Assembly (NCBI RefSeq): GCF_018977255.1
Contig: NW_024704743.1
Location: 71,240,001 to 71,304,000, forward strand
Source: Callorhinchus milii
Taxonomy: Eukaryota
Reading direction: 5' to 3'
DNA: 64,000 nucleotides
Made by a program: the position numbers and the translations under genes. Below the pieces are notes generated by a model, which searched no databases, had not been told where the DNA came from, and saw nothing but the letters and a program-made list of their open reading frames with translations. Every line of letters starts with the position of its first letter. Within the stretch, counting starts at the first letter, position 1. Below are positions 63,313-64,000 of this stretch, piece by piece.

Positions 63313-63791
63313 AAGTCTGGAAATAAAATAAACTGAGAATGCAGAATCATGCCTATGAGGGTCAAAGGGATCAGTACAATTCTTCAAATGATTGTTAATA
63401 ATAATAATAAATAATAATCCTTAAATTTGATATAGCGCCTTATCATGTCATCAAGATGTCTCAAAAAGCTTCACCAGATTTACTGTTAAGTGGTTTTTAA
63501 CTGTGTATATTGTGCTGTAGAATTAAACAAGCAAATATTTCAGGTAAGAATTTGATTACCAATTAAGAATTGTTTCTTTCCTCGTCTCATTCAATGTCCA
63601 TCTCATCAATACCTCCCCGACTGCCCTTTTGGACATCCACCTGCCTCTCACTCCCCCCCCCTTGACCACCACCCTCAGTTCGGGTACCAAGCCAGTATTG
63701 TTAAGCCTCTTGTAATGTTCTTACGACCTGAAAGGCATGATTTGAATGTATATTTGTATTGTAAGAATAAACATTTCTGGCCATTTTTCAG

Positions 63792-63892
63792 CTGGAGAAT
63801 CTAAAGGTCACAGGCGTGTAGGAGGTACTAAATGGATGCACTCTGGATTAGGAGCATCTCCTACCGCACCATCTCCAACTGCATCTGTGTCA
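63792..63892 (+). CDS. Putative second coding exon of the same unidentified gene (101 nt)
   Basis: catttttcag| AGESKGHRRVGGTKWMHSGLGASPTAPSPTASVS |GTAAGT; phase-1 start matches exon 58544-58676. Confidence 0.6.
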
Positions 63893-64000
63893 GTAAGTGA
63901 TTTATTATGCAAATTTTGGAGGGTATTTTACCCCAGTTTAAGAATGTTTCAACACCAATTAAAATAATGCAGCAAAGTGCCCTTTGCATTCATTTATTTT

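Overview
Vertebrate genomic DNA, not prokaryotic. The repeat content (L2/CR1 LINEs with (TTG)n tails and tRNA-headed Deu-domain-type SINEs) suggests a cartilaginous fish, possibly a chimaera (inference). Three spliced genes were reconstructed by hand from splice sites and exon phases. (1) A complete IFT57 on the minus strand (11 coding exons, 54029->33153, 412 aa), with a GC-AG intron 2 and an X-box/ETS/YY1 promoter. (2) Directly downstream on the same strand, a complete 10-exon gene (28729->2253, 539 aa) encoding a zona-pellucida-binding-protein (ZPBP/Sp38)-family protein. Unlike mammalian ZPBP1/2, it has an extended Cys-rich repeat, a transmembrane helix and a ~125-aa cytoplasmic tail, and its upstream region holds an X-box plus a ~0.9 kb minisatellite built from RFX-half-site/TGACAG units. 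(3) Two phase-compatible first exons of an unidentified plus-strand gene, head-to-head with IFT57. The rest is introns and intergenic DNA rich in decayed L2, CR1 and SINE copies, plus a pogo/Tigger-like MITE. Most ORFs in the supplied track are repeat-derived or spurious.
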